A stretch of DNA of 63,166 nt, filler included, from Octopus bimaculoides (GCF_001194135.2; 5 parts of 4 records of this genome joined end to end with filler, not necessarily neighbours in it); one strand, 5' to 3'; positions 13,400 through 27,532 are shown, counted from the first letter of the whole stretch. Numbers and translations: made by a program. Notes: a model not told the origin generated them from the letters alone.

Positions 13400-15149
13400 C
13401 ACTCTGCTGAGTGGTTGGTGTTAGGAAGGGCATCCAGCTGTAAAAATCCTGCTAAAACAGTTAGAGAAGTCTAGGGCCGGCTCCTGCCTGGCCGGCTCCT
13501 GCCTGGCCGGCTCCTGTCAAACTGCCCCACCCATGCCAGCATGGAAAGCAGACATTAAATGATGATGAAGAGGAGCATTGAACTCAGAATATCAAGTCAG
13601 AAGCAATGCCTCTCGGTATTTTTCCTGGTACCATAATGATTTTGTCAGCTCTCTGCCTTGATGTTCTCTTATATTCGCAGACAAACAATAAACTGGAGAT
13701 TATATTCTTTCATTTGTTTCAGTCATTTGAATGCGGCCATGCTGGAGCACCACCTTTAGTCAAATAAATCAACCAGAGGACTTATTCTTTGTAAGCCTAT
13801 GGGGATTGGACAGTAAGCGTAAGCCAGTGTCATTGGCAGTTCCAGAAATTCCGAGCCACAAACTACAGCCTAGAAGACAAGCTGCCCTCTGGAAGATCTG
13901 TAGAGCTCAACAAGGAGGTCCTGCAAACCCCAGCGGAAGAAAATGCCATCCCAACCACATAGTTCTGGGTTCAGTCCTACTGCACGGCAGCTTGGCGAAG
14001 TATCTTCTGCTATAGNNNNNNNNNNNNNNNNNNNNNNNNNNNNNNNNNNNNNNNNNNNNNNNNNNNNNNNNNNNNNNNNNNNNNNNNNNNNNNNNNNNNN
14101 NNNNNNNNNNNNNNNNNNNNNNNNNNNNNNNNNNNNNNNNNNNNNNNNNNNNNNNNNNNNNNNNNNNNNNNNNNNNNNNNNNNNNNNNNNNNNNNNNNNN
14201 NNNNNNNNNNNNNNNNNNNNNNNNNNNNNNNNNNNNNNNNNNNNNNNNNNNNNNNNNNNNNNNNNNNNNNNNNNNNNNNNNNNNNNNNNNNNNNNNNNNN
14301 NNNNNNNNNNNNNNNNNNNNNNNNNNNNNNNNNNNNNNNNNNNNNNNNNNNNNNNNNNNNNNNNNNNNNNNNNNNNNNNNNNNNNNNNNNNNNNNNNNNN
14401 NNNNNNNNNNNNNNNNNNNNNNNNNNNNNNNNNNNNNNNNNNNNNNNNNNNNNNNNNNNNNNNNNNNNNNNNNNNNNNNNNNNNNNNNNNNNNNNNNNNN
14501 NNNNNNNNNNNNNNNNNNNNNNNNNNNNNNNNNNNNNNNNNNNNNNNNNNNNNNNNNNNNNNNNNNNNNNNNNNNNNNNNNNNNNNNNNNNNNNNNNNNN
14601 NNNNNNNNNNNNNNNNNNNNNNNNNNNNNNNNNNNNNNNNNNNNNNNNNNNNNNNNNNNNNNNNNNNNNNNNNNNNNNNNNNNNNNNNNNNNNNNNNNNN
14701 NNNNNNNNNNNNNNNNNNNNNNNNNNNNNNNNNNNNNNNNNNNNNNNNNNNNNNNNNNNNNNNNNNNNNNNNNNNNNNNNNNNNNNNNNNNNNNNNNNNN
14801 NNNNNNNNNNNNNNNNNNNNNNNNNNNNNNNNNNNNNNNNNNNNNNNNNNNNNNNNNNNNNNNNNNNNNNNNNNNNNNNNNNNNNNNNNNNNNNNNNNNN
14901 NNNNNNNNNNNNNNNNNNNNNNNNNNNNNNNNNNNNNNNNNNNNNNNNNNNNNNNNNNNNNNNNNNNNNNNNNNNNNNNNNNNNNNNNNNNNNNNNNTCG
15001 ACTCTACCTATCATCCTTCCAGGGTTGATTAAAATAAGTACCAGCTGAGCATTGAGATCGAGGTCATCGTCTAGCCCCCTCCCTCAAAACTGTTGGCCTT
15101 ATGCCAATACAAGAAAGCAATATTTTTATTGAGTAAAATATTTTTGTTT

Positions 15150-15630
15150 AGTACAGAATTGTTAGCCCACCAGGTGAAAATACTAATCAGCATTTTGTCA
15201 GTCTTTACATTCTGAGTTCAAATTCCATTGAGGTTGACTTTGCCTTTCATCCTTTTGGGGTCAATAAAATAAATACCAGTTGAATACTGGGGTCAATGTA
15301 ATTAACTTATCTCCTCCCCTGAACTTCCTGTCCTTGAGCCAAAACTGAAATGAATATTTTTGTTTAGAACAAAGGTGGCAAACTGGCAGAATTGTTAGCA
15401 AGCTGAATCATTAGCAAAGTGGTGAGTTGGCAGAATCGTTAGCATGCCAGGCGAAATGCTTAGCAGTATTTCGTCTGCCACTACATTCCGACTTCAAATT
15501 CCGCCAAAGTCAACTTTGCCTTTCATCCTTTCGGGGTCGATAAATTAAGTATCAGTTACGCACACTGGGGTCATTGTAATCAACTTTATCCCTTTGTCTG
15601 TCCTTGTTTGTCCCCTCTATGTTTAGCCCA
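15150..15630 (+). mobile_element. Cluster of Meta-type SINE copies
   Basis: Repeated gagttcaaattcc..gtcgactttgcctttcatcctttcggggtcgataaa..aagtaccagt. The Meta-domain assignment is from recall. Confidence 0.75.
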
Positions 15631-16691
15631 CACACCCACATGTATTCCTATATCTGCGACAATAAAAAGGCTTCTCTGCTAAGTTTTAGCACAATCCAAT
15701 CAGGTAATCTCAGTGAAGTTACCCAACTTACTAAAAGTAGCAGCCGAATCTGCTTCAGATCACAGCCTAAGTTCTTCAAATAAAAAAAGAAAAATATGAA
15801 AAGAAAAGAAGGAAGGCAACATCGGACAATGAGGTGCTCGACAAACAGGGAATTGTGTCAAAGTAGAAGACAGGTATTACAATCAGATTACAATGCTTTG
15901 GATCAAGGGTAGATCTCTTTGAATCAAACAGGTGTTAAACACTTCATTTTTGTATCTAGTTGACAAGGTTGAAAAAGCAATGAAAATTTTGGAAGCAAAT
16001 ATATAAATAATAAATGAGTGGAAATTGAACTGGTGTGTGTGTTAGATAATAAGGCATTAAGACAACATGACCGTCCCCAGACACAACATAAAAGTTAAAC
16101 AAGAGCGCAGAAAATACAGACCAGACAGAGAGACAGACAGACAGACAAAGACATGAGTTAATAAATTCATAGAAAAACAGAAAACCGGTGAAATTATTCT
16201 AATAAAGGAAAACTTTTCAGAAACCAAATTCCCATTGCGGTCGAGTCCACATCTAACCACCCACCAGCAGACATCTCGAAATAATGGTAAAACAAAACAA
16301 AAAGAGCACATAACGACAACAATAACAATAATCACTATAATAATAATAATAATAATAATAATAATGCTAAATTCATTGAAGTTGAAGAAACGTCATCATC
16401 GTCGACAACAATATGAACAACAAACAAGAAAAGCAGATGGAAAATAAAATAAGATAAACGAAACACCCAGAAGAAATCAGTGACAGTTTGGAAGTACGAC
16501 AGAGGCAAAGTTAGAATCAAGACAGGAATTTAATCATTAAGACTTTAAAAGTTCTTTCGAGAACAAATTTAATTAATGGCTGCAGTTCAGTTCATCATCA
16601 TTATCATCAGTTATGTGTGTACATAACATATATATGTAGATATATGTGTATATGTGCGTGAGTGTATGTGTACATACGTAGACATACATTT

Positions 16692-16722
<31 letters not shown>

Positions 16723-16837
16723 TATATATCAAATATACATATAATATTATAGATTTATAAATGAAATATACATATATACATAAACACCTATATGTGTATA
16801 CAAAGATATAGTTGTATGTGTGTATGTGTACATAGGC

Positions 16838-16904
<67 letters not shown>

Positions 16905-17989
16905 TGCTTGTACGTGAATGTGTGTGTATACATTCATATATGCAAATGAGTAGACACACATATACACATACTTAAATATGTTAATTCACACGTGTAAATG
17001 TATACACACACATACATACACGTACATATTCATACTTGTATGTCTGTACATTAACAAGTCTAAGAACTATGCACAGCTAATGTCCAGAGAGTTGTAGAGA
17101 GTCTCTTTAAGAACAAGAAATTGCAGCGTATCTTCCATATCTCTGGCACAAACAACATGACACCAGAGCTAAGTTGGTCTATTATTTCCCATGTCGTACA
17201 TACGAGAAGCTAATAAACAAGAGAAACCCCACCAACGCATAATATCTACATAGAATAAACTGGTTGTGAGTTCCAGATATCTCAGGAAAAAATCAGAAGC
17301 TTTGTCCTCGCTGTAGGATTTCTGTTATGAAATTACTATTTTAGAATACATCTCTTGGTTGTGTGGTTCAAGAGGTTCAATTTGCAACCATGTGATTTTG
17401 GGTTCAGCTCCACTGTGCGGCACCTTGGGCAAGTGTCTTTTACAGTAGCCCCCAGGCTGACCAAAACCTTAGGAGTGAATTTGACCCAAGACCATTCTGA
17501 TAGAAAGTGCAAAAGAAAGAGAGCAGGAGACTATCAAGGATGTTTGTGAACTGACAATATCAAAAAAGGAGTTCTATATTTAAGAGATGAGGAATTATGC
17601 ACACAACAACCTCCTAAGCAAACCAAGTGCAAATATGAATAGCATATGGGAACTAGTATTAAGGAAAGATAGGAAAATATTACATTTATAAACCCTAAAA
17701 ATTCAATCCATAATTGCCCACAAGCACATGGCATAGTGGTTAAGAGTGCGGGCTACTAACCCCAAGATTCCGAGTTCAATTCCAGGCAGTGACCTGAATA
17801 ATAATAATAATAATGATAATATTGAAAAATACCTTAGAAATGAGAACCCAGGTTCGAAATTTCCCCAAGAAAGGGGTATATCAGCTGAAACGTGTTAACA
17901 ACAAACAAGATGAGGTAATATATCTGTCAATTGTAAATAATGTAAATAATCAAAAATGGACTAGAAAGAAGAGTTTGAATGAGTGCAAT

Positions 17990-18470
17990 GCTTTCAGTGC
18001 AACATCAAAGGTTTAATAATTATTAAACCCTACTACAAAACTCGGATAAGACCCTCAATAGAATACTGCTCTCATATCTGGGATGGTACTGTTTTCCTAG
18101 ACTGTATCTCTGCACCACCACCCCACCCACAAAAACGACCACCCACAGATACAGAGTCACTCACCATTTCTATATTGTGTTCCACCACCAAGCCCTACAT
18201 TAACCATGTAGCGTTTAAACCAGCCACATCCAGCACAAATATTCTACCTGTATTATTATGTTCAAGACAGCCAGATTTGACCTCTCACGCCTACCCTACA
18301 ATGTCATTCTGAAAATATACAATTGCGTCACTGAAATCTCAAAGCTACGAGACAATGCATGATTAATTCAAAATAATGTGGAATGTTAATGGGACAATCA
18401 CTTTTCCCAGTCCTTCCTTCCCAGAAATGTCATCCTGCTGGAATACCTTACCTGCTCAGGTTTATTTTCC
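17990..18470 (+). mobile_element. Degenerate LINE ORF2 3' fragment (CR1/Jockey group)
   Basis: Translation YYKTRIRPSIEYCSHIWDG resembles the post-RT motif of CR1/L2/Crack-like LINEs. Confidence 0.55.
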
Positions 18471-18586
18471 TTGCAGATGTTTAATAAGAACATCAATCAT
18501 ATCAATTGTAATTCTTTACTCCCCAGACCACATCCAAGTTGTATTACAAAATGTTATAAATAGAAAAAGCTGAGCATCCTACTCAC

Positions 18587-18769
18587 TGTTTAAGCCCATA
18601 TTGTCGAAGGATGAGGTGTCCACAATCGGGAAAGGGTACATCTGTTCGACGTTAGCGGCTGACGGGTGAGACACCATGTCAGATAGGGAGTTGCCATGTT
18701 GTAAGGGTTTCACAGGGCTGTTTGACCGAGATGTTGAAGTAGGACCTGAAGCTTGTCCGTTGATTAAAT
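18587..18769 (-). CDS. Internal coding exon of unidentified host gene: (x)LINGQASGPTSTSRSNSPVKPLQHGNSLSDMVSHPSAANVEQMYPFPIVDTSSFDNMGLN
   Basis: Strong acceptor ttttttcccttcttttAG, donor A|GTGAGT, 183 nt (61 codons), symmetric phase 1/1, no stops, higher GC than flanks. Missing from the ORF track. Confidence 0.8.
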
Positions 18770-18951
18770 CTAAAAGAAGGGAAAAAAGACAGAAAAAAAA
18801 TTAATACATTTTATCTTAGTGTCAATGTTGTTGTTTAGCTCCAGCTTTATTCTTATCAAACAAACCTATGATCCAAGGCTTTCCAACTAGGACCAACACC
18901 CCTTTCCCACCCTTTTATTTTGACAGACATAGTGCATCTCATGTGCCCTTA

Positions 18952-18982
<31 letters not shown>

Positions 18983-19129
18983 GGTCAGGTTTTGTCTGGA
19001 AGATCTGACCTGCTATTTCTTGTGGGTCAAGCAATGTTATAACAATGCTCTCCACTGTTACAATTATAAACCATCGCTCTTGTATGGACCATAACTTTTA
19101 AATATTTACAGAGGAAAATACCTTATTGA

Positions 19130-20085
19130 TTAACCTACTAAATATTGCTCATAAATTTAGCCAAGGTATCAAAAATGAGTGTGGAATCAGACAAATGTTT
19201 TAAAGCTTTTAGAAGAAGGAGCAAATTAATTAAAACTGTGAATATTGAATGCAATGCAGGCACCAAAATAGGAGAATTCGATAAGAGTCATTCATACAAA
19301 TATTTAGGAATTGATGAAATTGTTAAGATACAAAACACCTAAAGGCAGGAAAAAAATTAGAAATGAGTGCTACAAAAGAGTCAGAATGATATTAAAAATT
19401 GAACTGAATTCTAGAAGTAATATGACAGGTATGAACTCGTTAACCATTCCAGGTATAAACTACAGTCTCAATGCAGTAAACACAGAGTGAATTGCAGAGC
19501 TTAGACGGAAAAATTACAAAACTTCTGACAGTGTTTCAAAGCTAACACCTTAAAGCTGATAGAGATAGAATACACAACACACGAGAAGGACAGCTGTGAT
19601 AGAAATAGAAAACTAATACAATGTAACAGCAATGAGACTAAGAAAATGCTTGGAAGTAAGCAAAGGGAAACTTATTAGAATGATAAGGAAACATAAAGAA
19701 AACAAATATAAACTTTGCTCTTGTACGAGCAAAATGAAAACTGGGAAAAACTAGCCATAGTGATGAAAGAGATTTAGATAAGGAAAAAACATTAGAAAAG
19801 TTAAAAAAAGAAAACAAAAGTTATCAAAAGAGAATTGAAAAAAAAAAATACTAAAGAAAAAAATGGAGAGAAAAAAATACTTCATGGCCAATGCGCAATG
19901 AAACTCTAGAGACAAGAAATACATCAGAGTAAAAAGTAACAATGGTTATTACAGTTACAGTAGACCAATGCCAGGCTGAAATAATTACAAAAGTAAAATA
20001 AAAACAAAAAGAGATGCCAACATCAACTGCAGACGATGAGGTGATTGACCACATCATTTCCAAGTACTCAGTTTTTGCTAAATCC
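19130..20085 (+). mobile_element. Degenerate R4/Dong-like non-LTR retrotransposon fragment
   Basis: YKYLGI motif, followed by frameshifted remnants of the post-RT region typical of RLE-clade LINEs. Confidence 0.55.
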
Positions 20086-20099
20086 AAATATATTCTTCA

Positions 20100-20560
20100 A
20101 GTGGCCAAAACTGAGAGTCATTCCACCATACAGCAGCAGGCACTTTAGCTCCCGTTAGTTTAGGTAGGCTCTTAATTTCATTATGTATGTGCATATATGC
20201 CAATGATATCACTGTCGGTGATTGGCCTTTGTACTCTATTAAGGATATAGAAGTCGGGGGAATTTCCCAAATATAACATCTGATATGGCCTGGTGTTCAG
20301 GACAGTGGCAGTGATCAACAAAGCCAGCCCTGAACTGAGCAACAATAGCAGAGATGGGAGGAATACCTCCAGAAAATTTCCCTTTGGTTTTGTGCTCATG
20401 CTATGAGATGCTTTCAACCTTCATGAGAAGTCTTGTGCAAATACAATTGAGGTAATCTTGAAAATCTTTCTTAATAGTCTGGGTTCCAGCTCCATAGAGA
20501 AGAATACTCTCTACCCATGTCTTGGAGAAAGCTAGCTTTGTTGACACTGAAATACTCAAT
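20100..20560 (+). mobile_element. Possible Tx1/L1-like RT remnant
   Basis: gcatatatgccaatgatatcactgtc resembles a decayed AYADDITV. A downstream segment resembles the ILGVWFGPDL..EKNW motif. Heavily degraded. Confidence 0.35.
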
Positions 20561-21322
20561 TGTCAGTTGTAATGAAGCTTATTACAGACACTCCAGGCTT
20601 ATACTTAAACATCATCATCATTTAATGCTCATTTTCCATGCAGCCATGGGTTAAATGGCTCGACAGGAGCTGGCATGGCCAGAGGCAGCACCAGGTTCCA
20701 TAGTCTGTTTCAGCTTGCTTTCTACAGCTGGATACCCTTCCTAATACCAACCACTTTACAGAGTGTACTGGGTGCTTTTTTATCACCCTTATTGTTGTAT
20801 TCCCAAACCACTTGTCTCCCCACTTCTCACCGCCCTTATTGTTGAGTTCAAACCCTACATTAATCACTAGACCCACGACTTCTTGCCCAAAATGTCAGCT
20901 CTCTCTGCATGGGATTCTTTACCTGCTCATATTTTTCCTTTAGTATTTTTTTTTTTTTTGGAACTTTGAAGGCATCCAATGTCTTCAGTCTGGGAGCACC
21001 TGTAAAAACCACAAGTATATGCCTTTCCTCCAGATGTAGCACATTAATAAAGAAATATATCTTATATACCCTCTACAATATTCCCCAAGTAAAATAAAAT
21101 TCACACACCAATTCTAAGGGAATGGCTATCAAACATTACAGAACACATACCTCTATGCAGTCACCACTAAAGAAAATAACATAAATACTCCTGCAGAGCT
21201 GGTGGCTGGTACAAAAACATTCAGCAATGTAACACAACTCACACAGCACATATTCTACATAACAGACTGAACACTAAACTAACACCAGAAACAACAAAAC
21301 AAACTCCCACAGACGATATATA

Positions 21323-21422
21323 NNNNNNNNNNNNNNNNNNNNNNNNNNNNNNNNNNNNNNNNNNNNTTAATTAATTAANNNNNNNNNNNNNNNNNNNNNN
21401 NNNNNNNNNNNNNNNNNNNNNN
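21323..21422. other. Artificial assembly spacer N44-TTAATTAATTAA-N44
   Basis: The same 100-bp structure occurs at 21323-21422, 36861-36960, 42962-43061 and 58408-58507. Confidence 0.95.
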
Positions 21423-22010
21423 ACAAGTTAACACAGATAAACGACCCTTCATCAGTTGTCGGCTGTCTATCTACTCCTCATTTCGAGCATTCAACGACAA
21501 TATGAGTCTTCAAAGACAGTTGCTCCCATAAATTCTAAAATAAAATTTAGGATTTATGGAGGGACAAAGTTGGGAATAAAAAAATAACAGTGGAGACATA
21601 CAAGGAAACATGGGGGGTCGTTAGACCAGAATGAGAGGAAAATAGTAAACGCTGGGAGAAACATTTTTTTTTTTTTTAAAAGAGATAGAAGAGAGAGAAA
21701 AACACGCATACACTTTGGAAACGTGAGAGTTGGGGACAGAGAGGGTATCCAGCCATAGAAAGTCTGCCTCAACACATTCTATATGACCCATGCAAATGGA
21801 TATTAGAATGATGACGATGATGAAAATAGCAGATGTGTTAGTGTTTGAACATAGAGCCTCAAGGCCTTCTGTCACTGTATATTATGTACAACTCTGTCTA
21901 TATGAGTTAACCACAAGTACAGCTAAGACCTCTGTGATCAGCTAGCTAGCTGGGTGACAAAGTTTAATGTTTCACATTCTGCTGTGCATATGATCTGTTA
22001 CTAATCTTAA

Positions 22011-23800
22011 GAAAATACCACCCATTCATTCCTAAAGACACCAGAACATTACTTGGCACACAAAAAAATGTATAAAATTCCTGAAATAAATGGAGGGTCA
22101 TACCACCATTTTGGTTTAGCAGCATCACTCAAACAAATTCTTTTGGAGTTGTACCAAACTCATGTAGATGATATAAACATGCTGATGATACAAATTAATA
22201 TTGATGGACTACCCCTGTTTAAGAGTTCAAATACTCAATTTTGGCCTATTTTAGGAAAACTTATGGACTCCTTTTTTTTTTTTTGAACCCTTTCATAATT
22301 GGTTTTTATTTAGGAAATCAAAAGCCAGGTGATGCCAGTTTCTTTTTACATCATTTAGTGTTGGAATTAAGAGAGGTTGAAGAGAATTTTTTGCATGTTC
22401 CTGAGGTTGACAAACATTTCCAGGTTTCGGTATCTTGTGTTATTTGTGATACTCCAGCCCAGGCATTTGTTAAGCAGGTCAAAAGTCATAGTGGCTATCG
22501 TGGTTGTGAAAAGTGTACTGAAAGAGGTATGTATAATGGCTGAATGACAATTCCAGAGATGAAGATTCCTTTGATGTTCAGTTTGCTGAGATGTCAGATA
22601 GGAATCATCATTTAGGCCCCTCTCCTCTCAGAGAAACATCATCAGGTTTGGTTAGTCAATTCCCTCTTGATTATATGCATTTGGTGTGTTCAGGTGTTAT
22701 CAGACATCTTTTTTTGCTCTGGTTGCGAGGACCGGTCAAAAATTCTTGCAGAATAGGTGCTAATTCAGTAAAGCAAATATCTGAGGGTTTACTTGAGAAA
22801 GTATCTTCTATGTGAGTTCTTGAGGAAAGGGAGGCCTTTGAATGAAATAGACAAGTGGAAGGTAACTGAATTGAGACAATTTTTGCTTTACACTGTTCTG
22901 GTTGTTCTTTGTATTTGTCTTCCCAGTACAAGGTATCATCATTTTATGCTTTTATTTGTTGGAATATATTGCCTGTCCAGCTTATTTTTCTGCATGACTC
23001 ATTATCCTCATCATCATCATCATCGTTTAATGTCCGCTTTCCATGCTAGCATGGGTTGGACGATTTGACTGAGGACTGGTGAAACCAGATGGTTACACCA
23101 GGCTCCAATCTGGAAATTTTCTGTTTATTTATTGAAAATTTTGTAAATTTGTATGGTAAGGACATGCTTGTTTATTATATTCATGGACTGATTTATTTGG
23201 CAAAGGAAGTTTCAAAATTTGGTCCTCTAGATAGTTTTTCAGCTTTTGTGTTTGAAAGTTACAAAAGTTAAAAAGTCTCATGCAGAAACCTAATTTTCCA
23301 CTGCAGTAGGTACTAAGAAGGTTGTCCAAAAGATGTGTACATAATCCACAACCTAAACACATATCCTGAATACAGGTGTAGTTAAGAGAAAGAATTCAGA
23401 AGGACCAGTTCAGAATTGGACACATCATTCATTTTCCCAGTATAGAGAAATCCAGTTACCTAATTATTTTTTTATCAGTGAGTCGGGGGAGACTGTATTT
23501 TATTAGGGAGTAGAGTATCACTTGTCAGGAATATACTTGTTGATGGCGCTGATTCTCAGAAGTTTATTTTGTATGAAGAATTTGGAAATATTTCAAACTT
23601 TTTTAACACCCCATTAGAATCTTCTGATGTAAGAATATTTATTCTCTGATCTCACAGAATTTCACTGCACCAGAGACAATTTCAACTTTGTTTATTTACT
23701 GTTTGCAGTTTTGAAATGAATTCCCATTTTAGTTTGTGTGAAAATAGTTGCAATAATAGTCAATACTTCCCATACAATTTCTTTAATATGGGAATTGTTT
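22011..23800 (+). pseudogene. EnSpm/CACTA-type transposase pseudogene
   Basis: Motifs PKDTRTLL, INIDGLPLFKSS..FWPILG, CDTPAQAFVKQVKSHSGYRGCEKC, LDYMHLVC, RKGRPLNEIDKWKVTELRQFLLY and GPLDSFSAFVFES. Contains stops, frameshifts and a SINE insertion at ~23006-23112. Confidence 0.9.
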
Positions 23801-24618
23801 GTAAATACATGAAATTTCACCTTATTTCAAGGTAGATTCATCTTTTGACAGGGCAACATCAGTATCGCTTTTTTGCAAAGACAAGGTGAAAATAAGCAAT
23901 ACAGGACGACTTTTTTTTATCCCGGTCGCCTGGTCAGCAGGTCTCTGCATCTGTGCCTCTTTCACATGCCTGGGAAATGAAGGTGCATCAACCTATTCCC
24001 ATTTGCATCAGGACAGATATACATATTTACAGTGCTTAAGAAATAATTGGCAGGTAAATGAGGGTAGAGTCAAAAGACAAAACACATTTTCAAGAATTTT
24101 ATCAATTTAACCCATCTTGTTTCAAAAGGATTACTTAAAAACAATAAATTGTATAACTCATCCTAACTGGTCTGTTGATATTTGTGTGATGATATCATAA
24201 GTTTTAGCTTCAGATAGCCACAGTGTCTCCATGTCAAATGTTTTCTCTTTTGGGTGAAGAAGTACAAAAACTTTGCTTGTATTAGCGTGAGGAATATAAT
24301 ACTGAGATATTAACTTGGTGCCTTTTACTATTCTAGAGGCCCTCGGGGCACTGAAACAAGGTGCCACTTCCCTGTTAAATAGGTATCATAATTCCTATTT
24401 CTCGAATATAAAACCCTTACCCCTAATTAGAAAAGGCAAAGTGGTTGGTGTAGCCCATCTCTGTTTGAACGCAGCACCTAGACTCATGGTAAAGGCTCAC
24501 ATTTCAAGTCCCAATTTTTGTTGGTTGTTTTGCATTGAAGATTGAATCATGTATTGGGTGTTGGATGCCCTGATGGCTTTGATTCAACACCTACTCTACT
24601 TTTTATTTTCTATTTCAG

Positions 24619-24842
24619 TTCAGGATCAGCAGCTATTCACCGCAATTGAAAAAATTCAAGAGGAACAGTCCCAGCAGAGGGAAATGCTGCAATCTATACT
24701 GCAGCTAATTCAAAATATCCCATCCTCATCCTCCATTTCGGAGACAAGAAATCTCCCCAACACAATTCATTTCCCTTGTGTGAGTCAAGATGTTGAGACT
24801 TTGGAAGCTGAGTTAAGTGATGGTGTGGTTCAAAACAACATG
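24619..24842 (+). pseudogene. Exon remnant of the EnSpm accessory gene (coiled-coil region)
   Basis: tttcAG acceptor, open frame DQQLFTAIEKIQEEQSQQREMLQSILQL..., donor GTAAGT at 24843. Confidence 0.5.
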
Positions 24843-26484
24843 GTAAGTTGTTCATTTTACATTTTCATGGCTTTACCAGCTGGTTCATTAATAACCTCTC
24901 TGCTCCTCTCTAACTGATCTGTTTACTTACATGTGACAACTGTTTCCTTCATTCTTCACATGCATGTGTTTCCACACACACCAAAGAAACTCACACCCAT
25001 CATTGTGTGCTCATCTCGGTACTCATAACCTCAGATTCGGTTTGTTTTGAATGTATAGTAATTAAAGATATTTAAGAGCATCGACCTGATATTTAGTTGA
25101 AAAGATTATTTGATTAAGGTCCCAGCAGGAATCTCAGAAAGTAACATGGTGCTTGTATACTGTGGTTTACAAATTCTGTTTTACTGGTAAAATAAGATAA
25201 GTCAACCAATGGCAGTGGGTTTAAATCCTCTGGCAAGTGGACATCATGTGCATAAACAATTTGCAAAACTTGATCCTATTTGTATGTTGTCACTGTTTGT
25301 CACAAAATAGCCTAGATGCTGAAATTGACGTGCCCCAAATGTAATTTAATGATGGGATATCTTTCTGGGTTCTTATATTTGCCAACCCAGATTTATCACT
25401 CTGTCATTAAAACAAAATTGTTAAAGCCCTTACATCTAATTTATAATTCAAATATGTTTGGAATGATTGGCAAATTTTCTATACTGTCAAAGGTAGCTGT
25501 TCTCATAAAATAAAGTGTTAATATATTATCAGTCATTTAACCTGTAGAGTGTAAGGCTTTATAACAGAATCCATCCATTTTCAGGTTAATTACCTTGCTG
25601 TGCTTGGGGGTAAAAATACTAGTGACACAGTGCAAAGGATACTACACCACATCCTGACCAGCAAATTAGGTGAGCTATATAACTGGTATAGCAAAAAAGG
25701 CAAACTTTCATCAGTGATTCACAGTATCAAAGATATCAACCTTTGTATACCCAATTCCCAAAATTGAATAGCTATCTCCTAGGGATGAGCTGATGTGTGT
25801 ATTATCAGTATTTGCCGATATCTGATAACTCAATTCAATATCGACCAATACCAATACCAAAATCAATATCTGTGCTCTGATTACACAGGTGTGATAACAC
25901 CACTCAGATAAGGAAGTCCATCTTACTGGATGAAGTGCTGCTGATGTAGTCATTGGCAGCACTGCATTTTCTAAGCTGAACTATTAGATATCACAGACGA
26001 GAGGTGAGGCTGTCCAACAGTTAGGGTGACTCAATGAATCATCCCGGGTGGAACTGTATTTAGTGCGTGTCTGTTTCTGTTTCTAAACATTATTCAAGAT
26101 GAGCTATCACCATTACATATGTTGTGCAGCCAACAGCCAATCATATATCAGCTGTCAATATTGGCAGAATTGTGATCTTTTGCCAATACTGATACCATGC
26201 TGATAATCCACTTTTCTTTAAAACCACAACAGTTGCTTCCAGCACTCAACCAGTTAACAAAGCAGTTGTATTGACATTAAGGTTTATGCATTCTGGAGGC
26301 GAAATGTGCAAAAATGGACATATGCTAGTTTGGCTTTCAGAGTGTTGCGATTAACCACTATGTTGAGACACTGGATGTCATATATGTGAGAACAACTGCT
26401 GGCAGATCCTCATGCAGGTAGGCCTGTGTCCAATTATAACCCTAAAAATGAAAATCGTGTTGCAGGCCTTACCAATTTCTTCAT

Positions 26485-26973
26485 AAGGGTTCCCATAGAT
26501 CCTTGAATTCCTTGAATACCTTTGAATTTCAAAAGTAAAATTCCAGGCCTGGAAAACACTTGAAAATTATCTAGACTCACAGAAATCCTCGAAAACCCTG
26601 GATTTTTTTAATCTAAAAGTTTTGTATTCATTCCATTCCCCCGTACTACAGAAGAAAAATGTTCTAATTAAACCAGTGGTCTGAATTCATATTTGCAATG
26701 TTTCCACATCAGTGTTGGTTACCTGTACATGCAGCCAACACTGGCGTGGAAACATTGCTACACATTAATCAGCAACTTGAGGAAATAGATTAGACGATAT
26801 TTAAACAATATGATTTGAGAACCTAAGTAGCATAAATAGTTTTGTTTTATCAGAATGATTTGCTTGGAAACCCTTGAATTTTTTGTGGAGTGGTCATGAT
26901 GGTCCTTGACTCTAGATTGAAAATACCCTTGAAAATCCTTTAATTTTCTTTTTAAAAACCCACCAGAACCCTG
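26485..26973. mobile_element. Non-autonomous hAT-like element nested in the EnSpm
   Basis: Ends agggttc / gaaccctg and many subterminal CCTTGAA motifs. No matching TSD found. Confidence 0.55.
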
Positions 26974-27416
26974 TTAATTGTTTTTAATATTTGACAAAAA
27001 AGCTATTATTTTACATTTTGCTTTACATTTGAGTAAATATTTTATCCTTTGCTCCATAGTGTTTTGAAAATGACTGTTTTTTTAAATTTTGATTTGTGGT
27101 CATGGGACTGAAAATGGCCCTGGGCTGGGCATATGATGATATTAATATTCACATTGAGTACTCTTTTATTCAGACTGTGGGTGGAGGGAGTGGTTGTACT
27201 AGCTTTGGTAGGATCTGACATAAAACAGCAGTGAACATTTATGAATGTGAAACTTTCAGTTTGTATCTGTTTTCAACTGTAGAATTAGTCAAATCCACGT
27301 AATTTATGCTAGTAGATTTTTGCCTTTGTGAATAATACATGAGTAAATGGATGTGATTGCATTTGTTATTCTCACATTAAGAACTACTTTTAAGTAGCAT
27401 AATTAATTAATTTCAG

Positions 27417-27532
27417 GAGTTGTTCGCAAAACTATGAAAAATGCAACAGAAGCAGAGGTTGAGTTGGTAACTCGAGAATGGCTTTGGACTGCCAGTGACT
27501 AAAATGGTGGCTGAAGGAGGAAAGAAAAAACA
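27417..27532 (+). pseudogene. Last-exon remnant of the EnSpm accessory gene (DUF4806-like C-terminus)
   Basis: tttcAG acceptor; VVRKTMKNATEAEVELVTREWLWTASD*NGG*RRKEK. The family assignment is from recalled motif similarity. Confidence 0.5.

Noticed and set aside
16057-16233. Hydrophobic minus-strand frame in phase 1 (also 4355-4435 and 5045-5175)
   Set aside because: GAG/AAG acceptors or no pyrimidine tract, with low-complexity sequence and other frames similarly open.
17722-17800. tRNA gene (likewise at 5560 and 6985)
   Set aside because: A and B boxes are present, but they run into SINE bodies and tails without a full cloverleaf or acceptor stem.
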